Numbered from the stretch's first letter, positions 53,972-62,186 are shown. The stretch: 62,186 nucleotides of DNA from a virus (IMGVR_UViG_3300027956_000008:1-62186), one strand, 5' to 3'. Made by a program: numbers and translations. The notes: generated by a model not told the origin, from the sequence alone.

Positions 53972-54218
53972 TCTTAGCCTCCTTCGCTTTCTTAAAGCGT
54001 TCTTTACTAGCTAGTCTGTTCTCTTCACTGACAAACTTCTTTTCTTTAAAGGCGTAACGTCCTTTACGGAAGTTATAGAGAGGGCATTTAGTAATGGTAC
54101 AAGCATCTACTTCAGACTGTAACCCATTACAGCAGTCCCACTTACATTTATACCGTACTGCTCTGCTAAGGGTTGTAATAGGTGGAAGTCCATCTCTTGA
54201 ATCTTCAGCTTTACTCAT
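53964..54218 (-). CDS. Cys-rich phage protein
   Basis: AVRYKC.WDCC.G...EV..C....CPLY.FR.G. Confidence 0.7.
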   Translation of the reverse strand: MSKAEDSRDGLPPITTLSRAVRYKCKWDCCNGLQSEVDACTITKCPLYNFRKGRYAFKEKKFVSEENRLASKERFKKAKEAKNG

Positions 54219-54232
54219 ATTAATTCCATCCT

Positions 54233-54871
54233 TTACAATGTTTTATAAATTTTAGGTTTAGTTTCTAAGGCTATAGCTAATTCCCAATTATTTCTAATAC
54301 GATTTCTTAGTGTTTGGTAATTTATTGAATACTTTCTCGCTAGCTCAGCAATAGTTAACCATTCATTGTTGTAATTATATTTTTTACAAAAATCTCTATT
54401 ATTGTTTTGTGTTATATTGTCAGCCCATCTGCAATTCTCCTTATTGTAATTTCCATTTGAATCAATGCGATCTATCGTCAAACCCTCAATATAGGTATTT
54501 CCCATGTCGTTTAAAAAAACCCTAAAATCATTCCATTCACTGCAAACGCATATTCCTTTAAGTCCATAATATTTGTATTCTGGTGTGTTAGGGTTATTGC
54601 ATCTTGATCTCATTCCCGTCCAAACGTGATAAAGTCTATGCCTAGATAACCCATGATTTGTGTTTCTTTCTTTTGCTACAATTGGAATTCTACATCCACA
54701 AGCCTTAGTATAATTCCCACGGATACTATCGCCCCTAATTACAACTTTTTTCCCACAGTCACAAATACAATTCCAAAATACACTATTGTTACTTTTACCT
54801 TTCTTACTTGAACGAGATATTATTAATAATTTATTAATCTTTTGTCCTGTTAAATCTACTAATCTAGACAT
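54233..54871 (-). CDS. HNH homing endonuclease
   Basis: DLTGQK, W.C.CDCG, HGLS..RLY..W..M..RC.NP and TIDRID.NGNY..ENCRW. Confidence 0.9.
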   Translation of the reverse strand: MSRLVDLTGQKINKLLIISRSSKKGKSNNSVFWNCICDCGKKVVIRGDSIRGNYTKACGCRIPIVAKERNTNHGLSRHRLYHVWTGMRSRCNNPNTPEYKYYGLKGICVCSEWNDFRVFLNDMGNTYIEGLTIDRIDSNGNYNKENCRWADNITQNNNRDFCKKYNYNNEWLTIAELARKYSINYQTLRNRIRNNWELAIALETKPKIYKTL

Positions 54872-54880
54872 ATAGACCTC

Positions 54881-54994
54881 CTAGACCCAAGCGCGACAGC
54901 TCGGACACCTATGTTCTTGATTAGGGCTTGCTAGTGTCACTTCATATTCTTTACCGCAAGACCAGCATTTCTTTTTGATCTTATAGAGGTTCAC
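54881..54994 (-). CDS. 37-aa zinc-ribbon microprotein MNLYKIKKKCWSCGK...HRCPSCRAWV
   Basis: Translated by hand; GGAGGAG RBS and GTG start; TAG overlaps the HNH RBS. Confidence 0.7.
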   Translation of the reverse strand: MNLYKIKKKCWSCGKEYEVTLASPNQEHRCPSCRAWV

Positions 54995-54997
54995 GTT

Positions 54998-55330
54998 TTA
55001 CTCCTCCCACTTTTCATAGTACGGATAATTAAGGGTCTTCCAGAAGAGGTCAGCCATTGCTTCTATTTGTTCTATGTTTTCGGAATGGAAAGTAACATCA
55101 GTCGTTGGGAAGGTATCTTCTGAGAATTGAATGGTAGGCATAAAGTGCCAGCCTTGTGTTGGCATTCTAGGTTCGTTAGTCCAGTCATAAGCGTAGACGG
55201 TAATGAAGTATTTCTTTCCTTTTGAATCGTCTATTCTCTTTTGTAGTCCTATATCAGCTAGCTTGTTAATGTCTGTTTTGTTGGTAGGCCAAGTCTTATA
55301 CCCTTTATCTATCCAATCTTGTATGTTCAT
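54998..55330 (-). CDS. Hypothetical phage protein
   Basis: QKRIDD..GKKYFI motif; ATGA overlap. Confidence 0.7.
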   Translation of the reverse strand: MNIQDWIDKGYKTWPTNKTDINKLADIGLQKRIDDSKGKKYFITVYAYDWTNEPRMPTQGWHFMPTIQFSEDTFPTTDVTFHSENIEQIEAMADLFWKTLNYPYYEKWEE

Positions 55331-55533
55331 TCTTTACTCCAAGGGTCAGGGTCTAAATCAGTGCTCCTAGAACAGATTGATTTTATAATCATATAAATAA
55401 TATAAGCAGCAACGCAATAACCAAAAATCTTCCATAAAGCGCTAGCAACAATGAGAAGCATTATTGTGTGTGTTACCATTATAATTAGGAAGATTATAAG
55501 ACAACTTCCAATAAAGCTAAGAAATACTTTCAT
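55327..55533 (-). CDS. Small two-TM membrane protein
   Basis: Two hydrophobic segments. Confidence 0.6.
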   Translation of the reverse strand: MKVFLSFIGSCLIIFLIIMVTHTIMLLIVASALWKIFGYCVAAYIIYMIIKSICSRSTDLDPDPWSKE

Positions 55534-55984
55534 CTTTATCCTCTTTCCCTTCGTAGCGCTTATAACTTAAGTACACATCAAGAAGCTCCTGCCTTTTATC
55601 CCCGTCTACCTTACAGGCGATAGCAGGGTTCAACATGAAAATACTTTGTGACCGCATACGGATAAAATCTAACGATAGTAATTGTGACCGTCCTCTTGAA
55701 ATTGAAGACCCCGCCAAACCTAAGCGTTCAACCATTTCACTTGTCGGCGCAATAGCAATGTTTTGTTTATCTGATACAACCATTAAATACTCAAAAACAT
55801 CTCTAGCCGATATAATCATTTCCTTGGGATACATTCTTTGTCCTTTCGTTGGTATGAAGATTTTTACAAAGTTAAGGTCTTGGACTGTTTTCTTATAGAT
55901 AACAGACTTTTGATATTCTCCGGTACTAGGCTTGTAAACTTCCTCAGTACCCACATATTTCGATTTATTCCGTGAATTTCCCAT
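55517..55984 (-). CDS. RepL-like replication/maintenance wHTH protein
   Basis: DLNFVKIF, VFEYL...D.QN, HTH SEMVERLGLAGSSISRG and FMLNP motifs. Confidence 0.7.
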   Translation of the reverse strand: MGNSRNKSKYVGTEEVYKPSTGEYQKSVIYKKTVQDLNFVKIFIPTKGQRMYPKEMIISARDVFEYLMVVSDKQNIAIAPTSEMVERLGLAGSSISRGRSQLLSLDFIRMRSQSIFMLNPAIACKVDGDKRQELLDVYLSYKRYEGKEDKDESIS

Positions 55985-55990
55985 AAATTA

Positions 55991-56019
55991 GTTATATCAC
56001 TGTGTCCATAATAATGCAA
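55991..56019 (-). promoter_or_regulatory. Sigma70-like promoter predicted to give a leaderless mRNA
   Basis: TTGCAT-17 bp-TATAAC with TGn; ATG lies 6 nt after the -10 box; no RBS. Confidence 0.65.
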
Positions 56020-56180
56020 GCGTTATTGCAAAAATACTATGTAGATATAGTTCTAGTGGAATCTGCAAGTGATATTCCTTAATGATATCAATAGTAATTA
56101 ATATTCCTTTCTACTCTATGTTTATAGTATGTTCTGTTTGTTGTTTAAAATTTGTTTGGCTAGGAGAAGGAACCAAATAA

Positions 56181-56224
56181 AAGACCGGAACCGATAAGTC
56201 AAAACCTACCGGAACCGGCCTTCT
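56181..56224 (-). terminator. Intrinsic terminator-like hairpin
   Basis: AAGGCCGG..CCGGTAGGT-TTTG-ACTTATCGG..CCGGTCTT then TTATTT. Confidence 0.6.
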
Positions 56225-56229
56225 TTATA

Positions 56230-56466
56230 CTATTTATTAGTATATCTTTTCCTCCCTCTCTTACTTAGTGGTAAAGACAAGTCAATACCTAGTTCTTCTC
56301 TCCTTCGTATTAATACGTTAACTCTGTTTATCTCTCTGTGTTCTTTGCATAAATGCCCACTATCAGCAGGTTTAGTACAAATCTGACAAATACCTATCTT
56401 AGATTTTCTTAGTTGGTGTTTCCTTTGTTTAGAGACAGGTGAATGAGTAAATTCATCTATTATCAA
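56230..56466 (-). CDS. Basic zinc-finger protein
   Basis: GICQIC...LCKEH. Confidence 0.6.
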   Translation of the reverse strand: MIIDEFTHSPVSKQRKHQLRKSKIGICQICTKPADSGHLCKEHREINRVNVLIRRREELGIDLSLPLSKRGRKRYTNK

Positions 56467-56641
56467 TACTTATTCTCCCAATATTTATCCCAACTTGTTT
56501 TCACTCCAAAGTTGTCATTAGGTTGAGTCTCTTGTTCAGCAAAGACTTCACAATCGTTACGGCAACGCAATAAATTATTTATAGGACATTCAGGTTCTTC
56601 TAAGCAGAGTACGTATTTTAAACATCTTATATTGCAGGACA

Positions 56642-56869
56642 TTACTCCATCTCCTTAATTAAATACTCACCACAAAACGGGCAATACTTAAACGATACGC
56701 TATCTGTCCATTCACTTTTCTGAGCTTCGTGATCTACTATTTGAATATCGAAATTTGGGTTTTCTGGATTATCAAGGTCTAGTCTTAACCTTATATCAAA
56801 ATCATGTGTGTGCATATCAACAGTACAATCTAAGATACTTGATGTTTCTTTGCATTGATTACAAGCCAT
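56642..56869 (-). CDS. Zinc-binding protein
   Basis: MACNQC...FKYCPFCGE. Confidence 0.7.
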   Translation of the reverse strand: MACNQCKETSSILDCTVDMHTHDFDIRLRLDLDNPENPNFDIQIVDHEAQKSEWTDSVSFKYCPFCGEYLIKEME

Positions 56870-57054
56870 TAGAATATACTCCTTACCATAGTTGTGTATG
56901 ATTCAATGCTAGCCAGCTTATTTTGATTTTCCTGCTCAAGTCTTAGTATCTCTTGGTAGAGAGCAAAGCAAGCTGCTCTTGATTTAAGCCTCTCTCTTGT
57001 TGACGGACAACTCGTATTCTTCTTAGTCCAAGCAATAGCTTCATCTAGTGTCAT
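56869..57054 (-). CDS. Hypothetical protein
   Basis: MTLDEAI start; AAGGA RBS. Confidence 0.6.
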   Translation of the reverse strand: MTLDEAIAWTKKNTSCPSTRERLKSRAACFALYQEILRLEQENQNKLASIESYTTMVRSIF

Positions 57055-57055
57055 C

Positions 57056-57358
57056 TTAATTCCTTTCGTTGTCTATAGGTTGAGAACGCACCTCGTAGTA
57101 ATTTCTCTCCACGTTCTTCCTTACGATTGAAGAGAAAAGATTATCAAGGTAGGGCTTACCCTTAGTTCTCTCTACTATCCTCCAAAATGTCTCAATAGAG
57201 TGTGTTAAGTCAGCCATCTCTTCAAAGAACTTATCTGATAAATTCCCATGCCATAAATATTCTTCTTCAGCTTCAAATTCTTCACTTCGTACATGCTCAT
57301 ATTGGTCTTGAATACAATTCTCTTTAGCAAACTTTATCTCAGGGAAATTAAACTTCAT
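57056..57358 (-). CDS. MazG-like NTP pyrophosphohydrolase-fold protein
   Basis: Q..HV.SE..E...EEMADL.HS.ET...KN..RNYY acidic helix pattern. Confidence 0.55.
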   Translation of the reverse strand: MKFNFPEIKFAKENCIQDQYEHVRSEEFEAEEEYLWHGNLSDKFFEEMADLTHSIETFWRIVERTKGKPYLDNLFSSIVRKNVERNYYEVRSQPIDNERN

Positions 57359-57371
57359 TTAAGTGCCTCCT

Positions 57372-57644
57372 TTAAACGATTTTTAAATGTTCTTTTACCC
57401 ACACCTTAGCAGCCTCTTGTGCTGCACATTGAACATAACCCCTGATTTCTGATCCGCTTACTCTTCCTCCTTCTCTCGTTTGTGTTAATAGTTCTCTTGC
57501 AATGATTTTATCTAAGTAGGCTTCAATATTTACTGCGTCAAGTCTTTTGGATACAATTTCTTTAACTATGTCATCAACAATATTCCTTACATATTCGCGG
57601 GTAATACCAAGATCATTCATAAGAATCTTTCTAACTTCATTCAT
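57372..57644 (-). CDS. Hypothetical protein
   Basis: AAGGAG RBS. Confidence 0.7.
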   Translation of the reverse strand: MNEVRKILMNDLGITREYVRNIVDDIVKEIVSKRLDAVNIEAYLDKIIARELLTQTREGGRVSGSEIRGYVQCAAQEAAKVWVKEHLKIV

Positions 57645-57780
57645 TCGTAGTCTCCTTTACACATTCTTTACATTGATAGTTCCAACATTGTTGCCCTAGA
57701 ATTCCTATCTTTGTTTTCTTGTAAGACTTCCTTCCTTCGCTAGTTTTAAATTCACCACATTTAGCACATTTAAAACGCAT
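57637..57780 (-). CDS. 47-aa zinc-ribbon microprotein MRFKCAKCGE...YQCKEC
   Basis: Translated by hand; GGGAG RBS. Confidence 0.65.
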   Translation of the reverse strand: MRFKCAKCGEFKTSEGRKSYKKTKIGILGQQCWNYQCKECVKETTNE

Positions 57781-57807
57781 AAAGCACTCCCTTTACATTG
57801 TTGAATT

Positions 57808-58239
57808 TTATTTCCTAATTCTTTTTATTTGTTGTTTACGCTGTATTTTCTTTATCTCGGCTATCCGTAAAGCTTGATCTTTAGGGTTCTCTGGAATAGG
57901 AAGATCAATAAGCATACAAGCAGGGCATTTATCTCTTGTCTCAGTCTTCATAAATCCAAAGCCACATTCACAGATTGTTATATTAGAAGGACAGAGTTGA
58001 GAGTTTGGTTTAATGGGTTGTTCAAGAATAGGTAGTTTATGTTTAACCAGAAGTTTATTTAACTCTTTACAGTTGTAAATGCAAGGGTTCCTGATTTTAT
58101 ATCGTTGTAAGCATTGTTTCTCCTCCATTGTAGGGTAAGTTGTTTTCATAGCAGGGCAGATAATAGTTAGAAATCTAGGAGCTTCTTCAGGGTTTATTCG
58201 CCCAAAATCACCGCTTGTTGATATTCCTTCTAAGCTCAC
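57808..58239 (-). CDS. Cys-rich hypothetical protein
   Basis: ICECG...KCPAC. Confidence 0.6.
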   Translation of the reverse strand: MSLEGISTSGDFGRINPEEAPRFLTIICPAMKTTYPTMEEKQCLQRYKIRNPCIYNCKELNKLLVKHKLPILEQPIKPNSQLCPSNITICECGFGFMKTETRDKCPACMLIDLPIPENPKDQALRIAEIKKIQRKQQIKRIRK

Positions 58240-58556
58240 ATTGGCTCCTTTACTTCAATACGAACAAGAGAGCTATCTTTAAATGTTTCTATTATCATTT
58301 GAACAACTACAGGTGATTCTTGGAATAAGATTTTTAAGTAAGGTGCATAGACTGAACAAGGTTTATTCTTGTATTGCTCTACGTACTTCTCTTGGTTAGA
58401 GACTATGAGTTGAATCTCTTCCTTGTCATTTCGGATTGCTGCTACAACAGGGAAACTAGAAGCACACATATAGTCAATGATTGAACTACCGATATAGTCT
58501 TTAGGTTCTATATCTACGAATTTAGTTTCTACTAGCTTCTTTACTTCGACAAACAT
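58236..58556 (-). CDS. Hypothetical protein
   Basis: GGAGG RBS. Confidence 0.7.
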   Translation of the reverse strand: MFVEVKKLVETKFVDIEPKDYIGSSIIDYMCASSFPVVAAIRNDKEEIQLIVSNQEKYVEQYKNKPCSVYAPYLKILFQESPVVVQMIIETFKDSSLVRIEVKEPM

Positions 58557-58564
58557 TTAACCTC

Positions 58565-59026
58565 CTAACGTAAGAATTTAACTGCTTCTACAAAGTTGTA
58601 GCCATGAAGTTCACGTACTACAGTTATTGAATCCATACTACGGTTGCACACAAAGCAATGGCATCTGTTATGTTTCTTGTTGAGAGTCAAAGAAGGGGAT
58701 GAATCTGCGTGGCACCAAGCTAAAGCTTTTCCTCGTTCAAATTTAACCAATTGCTCTACCGGATAACTCCTAGCTCGTTCTATGTCTTCTGGTGTTATGT
58801 CTAGCTTGCTTATCTTCTTTTCGTGGCATAAATAAGCTTGCTTAGTAATAGAAGCCATTTCTTTAAGAGCTTCCGTACACCAATAGTAACTAATAGCATC
58901 TCCTTTCTCTAAAAAGCGGTTGACTTCTTCTTGTAGGAATCTAAGCCTCATACGAGAGCAAGCCAACCTGCTTATGTTGAACTCTTTAGCATCTCTGAAT
59001 ATCTTATTCGGTTCGTGGTTATACAT
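58565..59026 (-). CDS. Stand-alone CHC2 (DnaG-type) zinc-finger protein
   Basis: DIERAR.YP...WCHADSSPSL.....RCHCFVC....DSI..V....GYNFVEAVKFL; no TOPRIM domain. Confidence 0.8.
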   Translation of the reverse strand: MYNHEPNKIFRDAKEFNISRLACSRMRLRFLQEEVNRFLEKGDAISYYWCTEALKEMASITKQAYLCHEKKISKLDITPEDIERARSYPVEQLVKFERGKALAWCHADSSPSLTLNKKHNRCHCFVCNRSMDSITVVRELHGYNFVEAVKFLR

Positions 59027-59188
59027 CCTCCTCTAGTTCCTCCTTTGTTATTGTTCTAGCCTTCTTGTCAAAGAAAGTTCTATTGTCCTTACAATATTCG
59101 CAAGCTCCGTGGTTTCTACAACTATGGTCAAATACTTTAGAGCCTCGCCAACCTTCTCCTTTTCTTCTTGAATCACTCATTTTGCCCC

Positions 59189-61084
59189 CTAGAATGGACT
59201 ATCTGCTTCACCAGCCAAGGTAAAGTCTATACTTGATTGGCATTTAAAGCGTCCAGAAGTCCATTCATAATCAAATATTTCAGTACCGACTTTTCCTAAG
59301 TGCTTTTTCTTTATTTTTTGGATATGAACGTGCATTTCATTTTTACCCATATCCGGTCTATGGCAAACAATTCCGTAGTCTGCTCGGTTGCGCCAGTTGG
59401 CACCTCCGCTAATGTCATATAGTGTTGGAGTAGGGAAATTACCATCTTTGTCTTTGATAGGATTTTTAGGGTGGGCAACAATAATTCCTAGCAACGTACT
59501 ATCTCTGGTAGTATTCAATACTTTGGTCAATGACTCCGCTAAGTATTCATCTACCATTTCACCCCCTCTTGTATTAGTGATTGCATTCCAAGGATCAAAA
59601 GTAAAGCTGTCTAAAGTCTGCTCATTTTGAAGTGTTTGGCAAGTAACAAGAAGAGAATCAATATTCGGTTTAGCAGGATGGAGCCAAGTGTAGTGTTCGT
59701 TAAGGAAGTTAAGAGATTTTTCTATTTCGTCATTAGTGAATTCTGTTATTCGTTTGCCAATGTATTTTTCTGCTATAGAAGCCATGTGTTCTTCTATCGG
59801 GTGGCTCTCTGGTGAATAGATAGCATGTTTCCAATTGTAAAGAATTGACATATTAAGATTTATTGCATCAACAAATTCAGAGTTATGCGTCGGAATGTAA
59901 GAACGAGTGCAAAGATACAAGTGAGAGCTAGAATCAACTTGAATACACTTAACAGCACGACTAGGAACAGGCTTACAGTTTTTTATAGTGCGGTGTCCTG
60001 TATAGCTATTTGTTTTTACCCTTTCTTGTTTTCTTTTAAGGCTAAAGACTTCAGTCCCATTTGGTGTAAATATAATTCTGTATTTAGGGCCGCAATCTTT
60101 TCCGTAAAGTGTTGCCCTTCCTTCGTTCATAACAGCCTTAAAACCCATTGAATTGATAAGGTCTAAGACTTGTTCTCCCAACTCCTTTCTTGTAGTGCAA
60201 TATTCACAGTTTCCACTTTTAGCACAATAACCATCTGAATCCATTAGCCCTTGAAGAAGAGCTAGTTTTTGCTCATAAGAAGCAAAGAGGTAATCATTGG
60301 GTATATGCTTATTATGTAAAACCCCTAACTCTCTTAGTTTCCCAACAAATCCTTTTATGATCCCATGATGGTGCGGAACTGCTTGCTCTCTTGTTATGTA
60401 CCCTTCAGATTGAATACGGCTTAACATTTCCGGTTCTTCGCAGTAGATAGAAGCGTAATCTGTACGACCATCACCTAACCAAGCACCTAAAGTATATGGC
60501 TCAATAATTAGGTCTTTTTTGATTCCATTGCAAGGCTTACAATTTTCAATTGAATGATTATTTTTCCTATCTTTAGCTAGGAGTGTATTAAATATTTCTT
60601 TGGTGGTTTTAACTGTTGGCAATATTCGTTTGTGTGACTGATCTGTTCCCTTAGGTTTAAGTGGCTGTCCTGCTCGTTTGTTTGCATTCTTAGCACTCAT
60701 TCTTGAAGCTACAGTGTCAGTAAACCATCTATGGTCTTCATCACAAACAATCTTTTCACCAGAAGAGAATTCAATCTCATAGCAAGGTCGGAAATATTGA
60801 ATGCCGGTACACGCAGTCACGTTACAAAGCTGGCCTTCTTCGTTAAACACTTTGTCACCAACTTTTATTTCGTACATAAACTTAAAGCCGGTGCTGGTTG
60901 GAATGTGAGTGTAAATATCTAGGGCTTTTCCGCTTGAAGGGTATCCAGTAACAATAGCCATTCTAGATTTTGATAGCAGGATTTTATCGTCTAACCCACT
61001 AAAGCCAGTAGATAGACCTTTCTTTATTATTCCTTTTTTTAATTTGGCAAATAAATCTCTTTTGTCAAATGGATGGATTATCAT
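59189..61084 (-). CDS. DnaB/Twinkle-like (SF4) helicase with intein
   Basis: Walker A TGYPSSGK|S, YSPE, FDPWN, VAHP and YDISGGANWRNRADYGIVCHR; 283 aa after splicing. Confidence 0.9.
   Translation of the reverse strand: MIIHPFDKRDLFAKLKKGIIKKGLSTGFSGLDDKILLSKSRMAIVTGYPSSGKALDIYTHIPTSTGFKFMYEIKVGDKVFNEEGQLCNVTACTGIQYFRPCYEIEFSSGEKIVCDEDHRWFTDTVASRMSAKNANKRAGQPLKPKGTDQSHKRILPTVKTTKEIFNTLLAKDRKNNHSIENCKPCNGIKKDLIIEPYTLGAWLGDGRTDYASIYCEEPEMLSRIQSEGYITREQAVPHHHGIIKGFVGKLRELGVLHNKHIPNDYLFASYEQKLALLQGLMDSDGYCAKSGNCEYCTTRKELGEQVLDLINSMGFKAVMNEGRATLYGKDCGPKYRIIFTPNGTEVFSLKRKQERVKTNSYTGHRTIKNCKPVPSRAVKCIQVDSSSHLYLCTRSYIPTHNSEFVDAINLNMSILYNWKHAIYSPESHPIEEHMASIAEKYIGKRITEFTNDEIEKSLNFLNEHYTWLHPAKPNIDSLLVTCQTLQNEQTLDSFTFDPWNAITNTRGGEMVDEYLAESLTKVLNTTRDSTLLGIIVAHPKNPIKDKDGNFPTPTLYDISGGANWRNRADYGIVCHRPDMGKNEMHVHIQKIKKKHLGKVGTEIFDYEWTSGRFKCQSSIDFTLAGEADSPF
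59882..60925 (-). mobile_element. 348-aa class-3 (Ala1) intein with LAGLIDADG endonuclease
   Basis: GK|ALDIYTHIPT...DHRW...LGAWLGDG...LQGLMDSDG...VKCIQV...IPTHN|S. Confidence 0.92.
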
Positions 61085-61090
61085 AGTATA

Positions 61091-61291
61091 TCAATCCTGT
61101 GGACTACGGGTTACGTGCCAATAATGACAGTGTTCACACTTGTAAGGGTAAAGTAATTCACTCCCTTCTTTCTTTCTTTTGTTAATGTAATCTAGGACGT
61201 TCTTTTTATTTGGATAGCAGGTCTTGTGCATAACGTCACATCGGACAATCTTTTCTTTCCATTTAGAAGTTCCTTTCAATTTTACTTTCAT
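61091..61291 (-). CDS. Small zinc-finger protein
   Basis: YPYKCEHCHYWHVT. Confidence 0.7.
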   Translation of the reverse strand: MKVKLKGTSKWKEKIVRCDVMHKTCYPNKKNVLDYINKRKKEGSELLYPYKCEHCHYWHVTRSPQD

Positions 61292-61758
61292 AGGCTTCGC
61301 TCTTTAATCTGCCCATTCATATCCATGTACGTCTCCGTCTTCTTGATAGCAATAGGTTCATCTTCAAACATTCTGTCTTTAAGGTAGTTCTCTGGTTTGC
61401 AAATGTATTTACCATCATCAGTAGTCCATTTGTCAGTGTGTTTTTGCCATTCTAAAGCTTTTAAGCAGTCGAACTTAAGTAGGTCAGTATTCAGATATGG
61501 TACTTTACACCATTCTTTCCAAGCAGCCCCTTTACCTGACTTATTAGCACAAGAAGGATAAGCAGCCCAAAAGCTCAAGAACTGCTCACTATAAGCTTCA
61601 TTAGGTTTTTTACGTCTTTGAACTTTAGGCTTAACCATCCAAGGCTCATTGACTTTACCAGCAAATAAATCAAGGGCTACTTGCTGAATGTAAGTTCCTC
61701 TTTCAAAGGCTGACAGGCCCAGTATTGTTGAAACAAATAACTTCTCATTTATTTCCAT
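61288..61758 (-). CDS. Phage replication initiator/replisome-organiser-like protein
   Basis: LSAFERGTYI N-terminus; F..FW.AYP....K..A...W and W....GKYI..P..YL...FEDE C-terminus; upstream of the helicase. Confidence 0.75.
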   Translation of the reverse strand: MEINEKLFVSTILGLSAFERGTYIQQVALDLFAGKVNEPWMVKPKVQRRKKPNEAYSEQFLSFWAAYPSCANKSGKGAAWKEWCKVPYLNTDLLKFDCLKALEWQKHTDKWTTDDGKYICKPENYLKDRMFEDEPIAIKKTETYMDMNGQIKERSL

Positions 61759-61956
61759 TTAATAACCCTCCTTTTTAACCATTTCAATAACTTGTTTTGA
61801 GTGTCGTTTACAAAACCAAATACCTCCAATTTCTTTGTATGGCTTTAATCGGCAACCCCTTATATTTTCTTCGCCACCACCGCAAGCATTGTCTGACACA
61901 ATCCAAGAACACTCCTTATTTTCACTCATACATACCCTTTCTATCAATTTATCCAT
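61759..61956 (-). CDS. Small Cys-rich protein
   Basis: CSW...C...C...WFCKRH. Confidence 0.55.
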   Translation of the reverse strand: MDKLIERVCMSENKECSWIVSDNACGGGEENIRGCRLKPYKEIGGIWFCKRHSKQVIEMVKKEGY

Positions 61957-61981
61957 TGATTTAATAACGGTTTCTTTAAAG

Positions 61982-62014
61982 AAAAAGGCAACCCTATAGT
62001 ACGAGCTGCCTTTT
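61982..62014 (-). terminator. Intrinsic terminator after the repeat-peptide gene
   Basis: GGCAGCTC-GTACTATA-GGGTTGCC (two G-U pairs) followed by TTTTTCTTT. Confidence 0.7.
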
Positions 62015-62040
62015 ATCCTTATCTCTTTGTCCTTCTTTTT

Positions 62041-62186
62041 TTATGACCCTGACCGTGACCCTGACCCTGACCCTGACCATGACCCTGACCGTGACCCTGA
62101 CCATGACCATGACCGTGACCCTGACCCTGACCCTGACCGTGACCCTGACCCTGACCGTGACCATGACCCTGACCCTGACCCTAACC
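62041..62186 (-). CDS. 3' part of the Ser-(Gly/Arg/Trp) repeat peptide (...SGSGSRSGS*)
   Basis: The array ends exactly in TCA TAA (62046-62041), in the Ser-X frame. Confidence 0.8.
   Translation of the reverse strand, partial: LGSGSGSWSRSGSGSRSGSGSGSRSWSWSGSRSGSWSGSGSGSRSGS
62044..62186. repeat. Tandem hexamer array CC[C/G/A]TGA, right part
   Basis: 23 units, one of them CCCTAA; same orientation as the array at position 1. Confidence 0.98.

Noticed and set aside
1-62186. Telomere-like ends (CCCTGA/CCCTAA resemble TTAGGG variants)
   Set aside because: Both ends are C-rich on the same strand, so they are direct rather than inverted. The array also has an in-frame start and stop, which fits an assembly break in one coding repeat.

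Overview
The window looks like a near-complete, probably circularly permuted ~62 kb dsDNA tailed-phage genome. Both ends break inside the same hexamer repeat array. A rightward morphogenesis and lysis arm runs from 12.4 to 49.1 kb: TerS, P22-gp2-like TerL, portal, scaffold, major capsid, adaptor/tail proteins, putative ejection proteins including a 3107-aa polyvalent protein, fibres/receptor-binding proteins, a DUF5675 lysin candidate and a holin. It has no sheath or tape measure, so the phage is podovirus-like. A leftward arm (62.2 to 49.3 kb, continuing 12.1 kb to 1) holds replication, recombination and accessory genes: a replisome-organiser-like initiator, a DnaB/Twinkle-type helicase with a class-3 intein, a stand-alone CHC2 zinc finger, a RepL-like protein, a Cas4-like exonuclease, a T7 endonuclease I-like resolvase, three free-standing homing endonucleases and many small Cys-rich proteins. 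I saw no integrase, CI-type repressor, DNA/RNA polymerase, reverse transcriptase, tRNA or CRISPR array. The best candidate for an undescribed system is an Sm/LSm-motif protein translationally coupled to an unannotated Ser-(Gly/Arg/Trp) repeat peptide encoded by a TCA-NGG array that spans the contig junction. Other notable items are a GIY-YIG cassette that split its target gene and supplied a recoded N-terminus, an attC-like cassette, a duplicated hairpin-containing leader and a pseudoknot-like RNA. All family assignments are from motif recognition by eye, not database searches.
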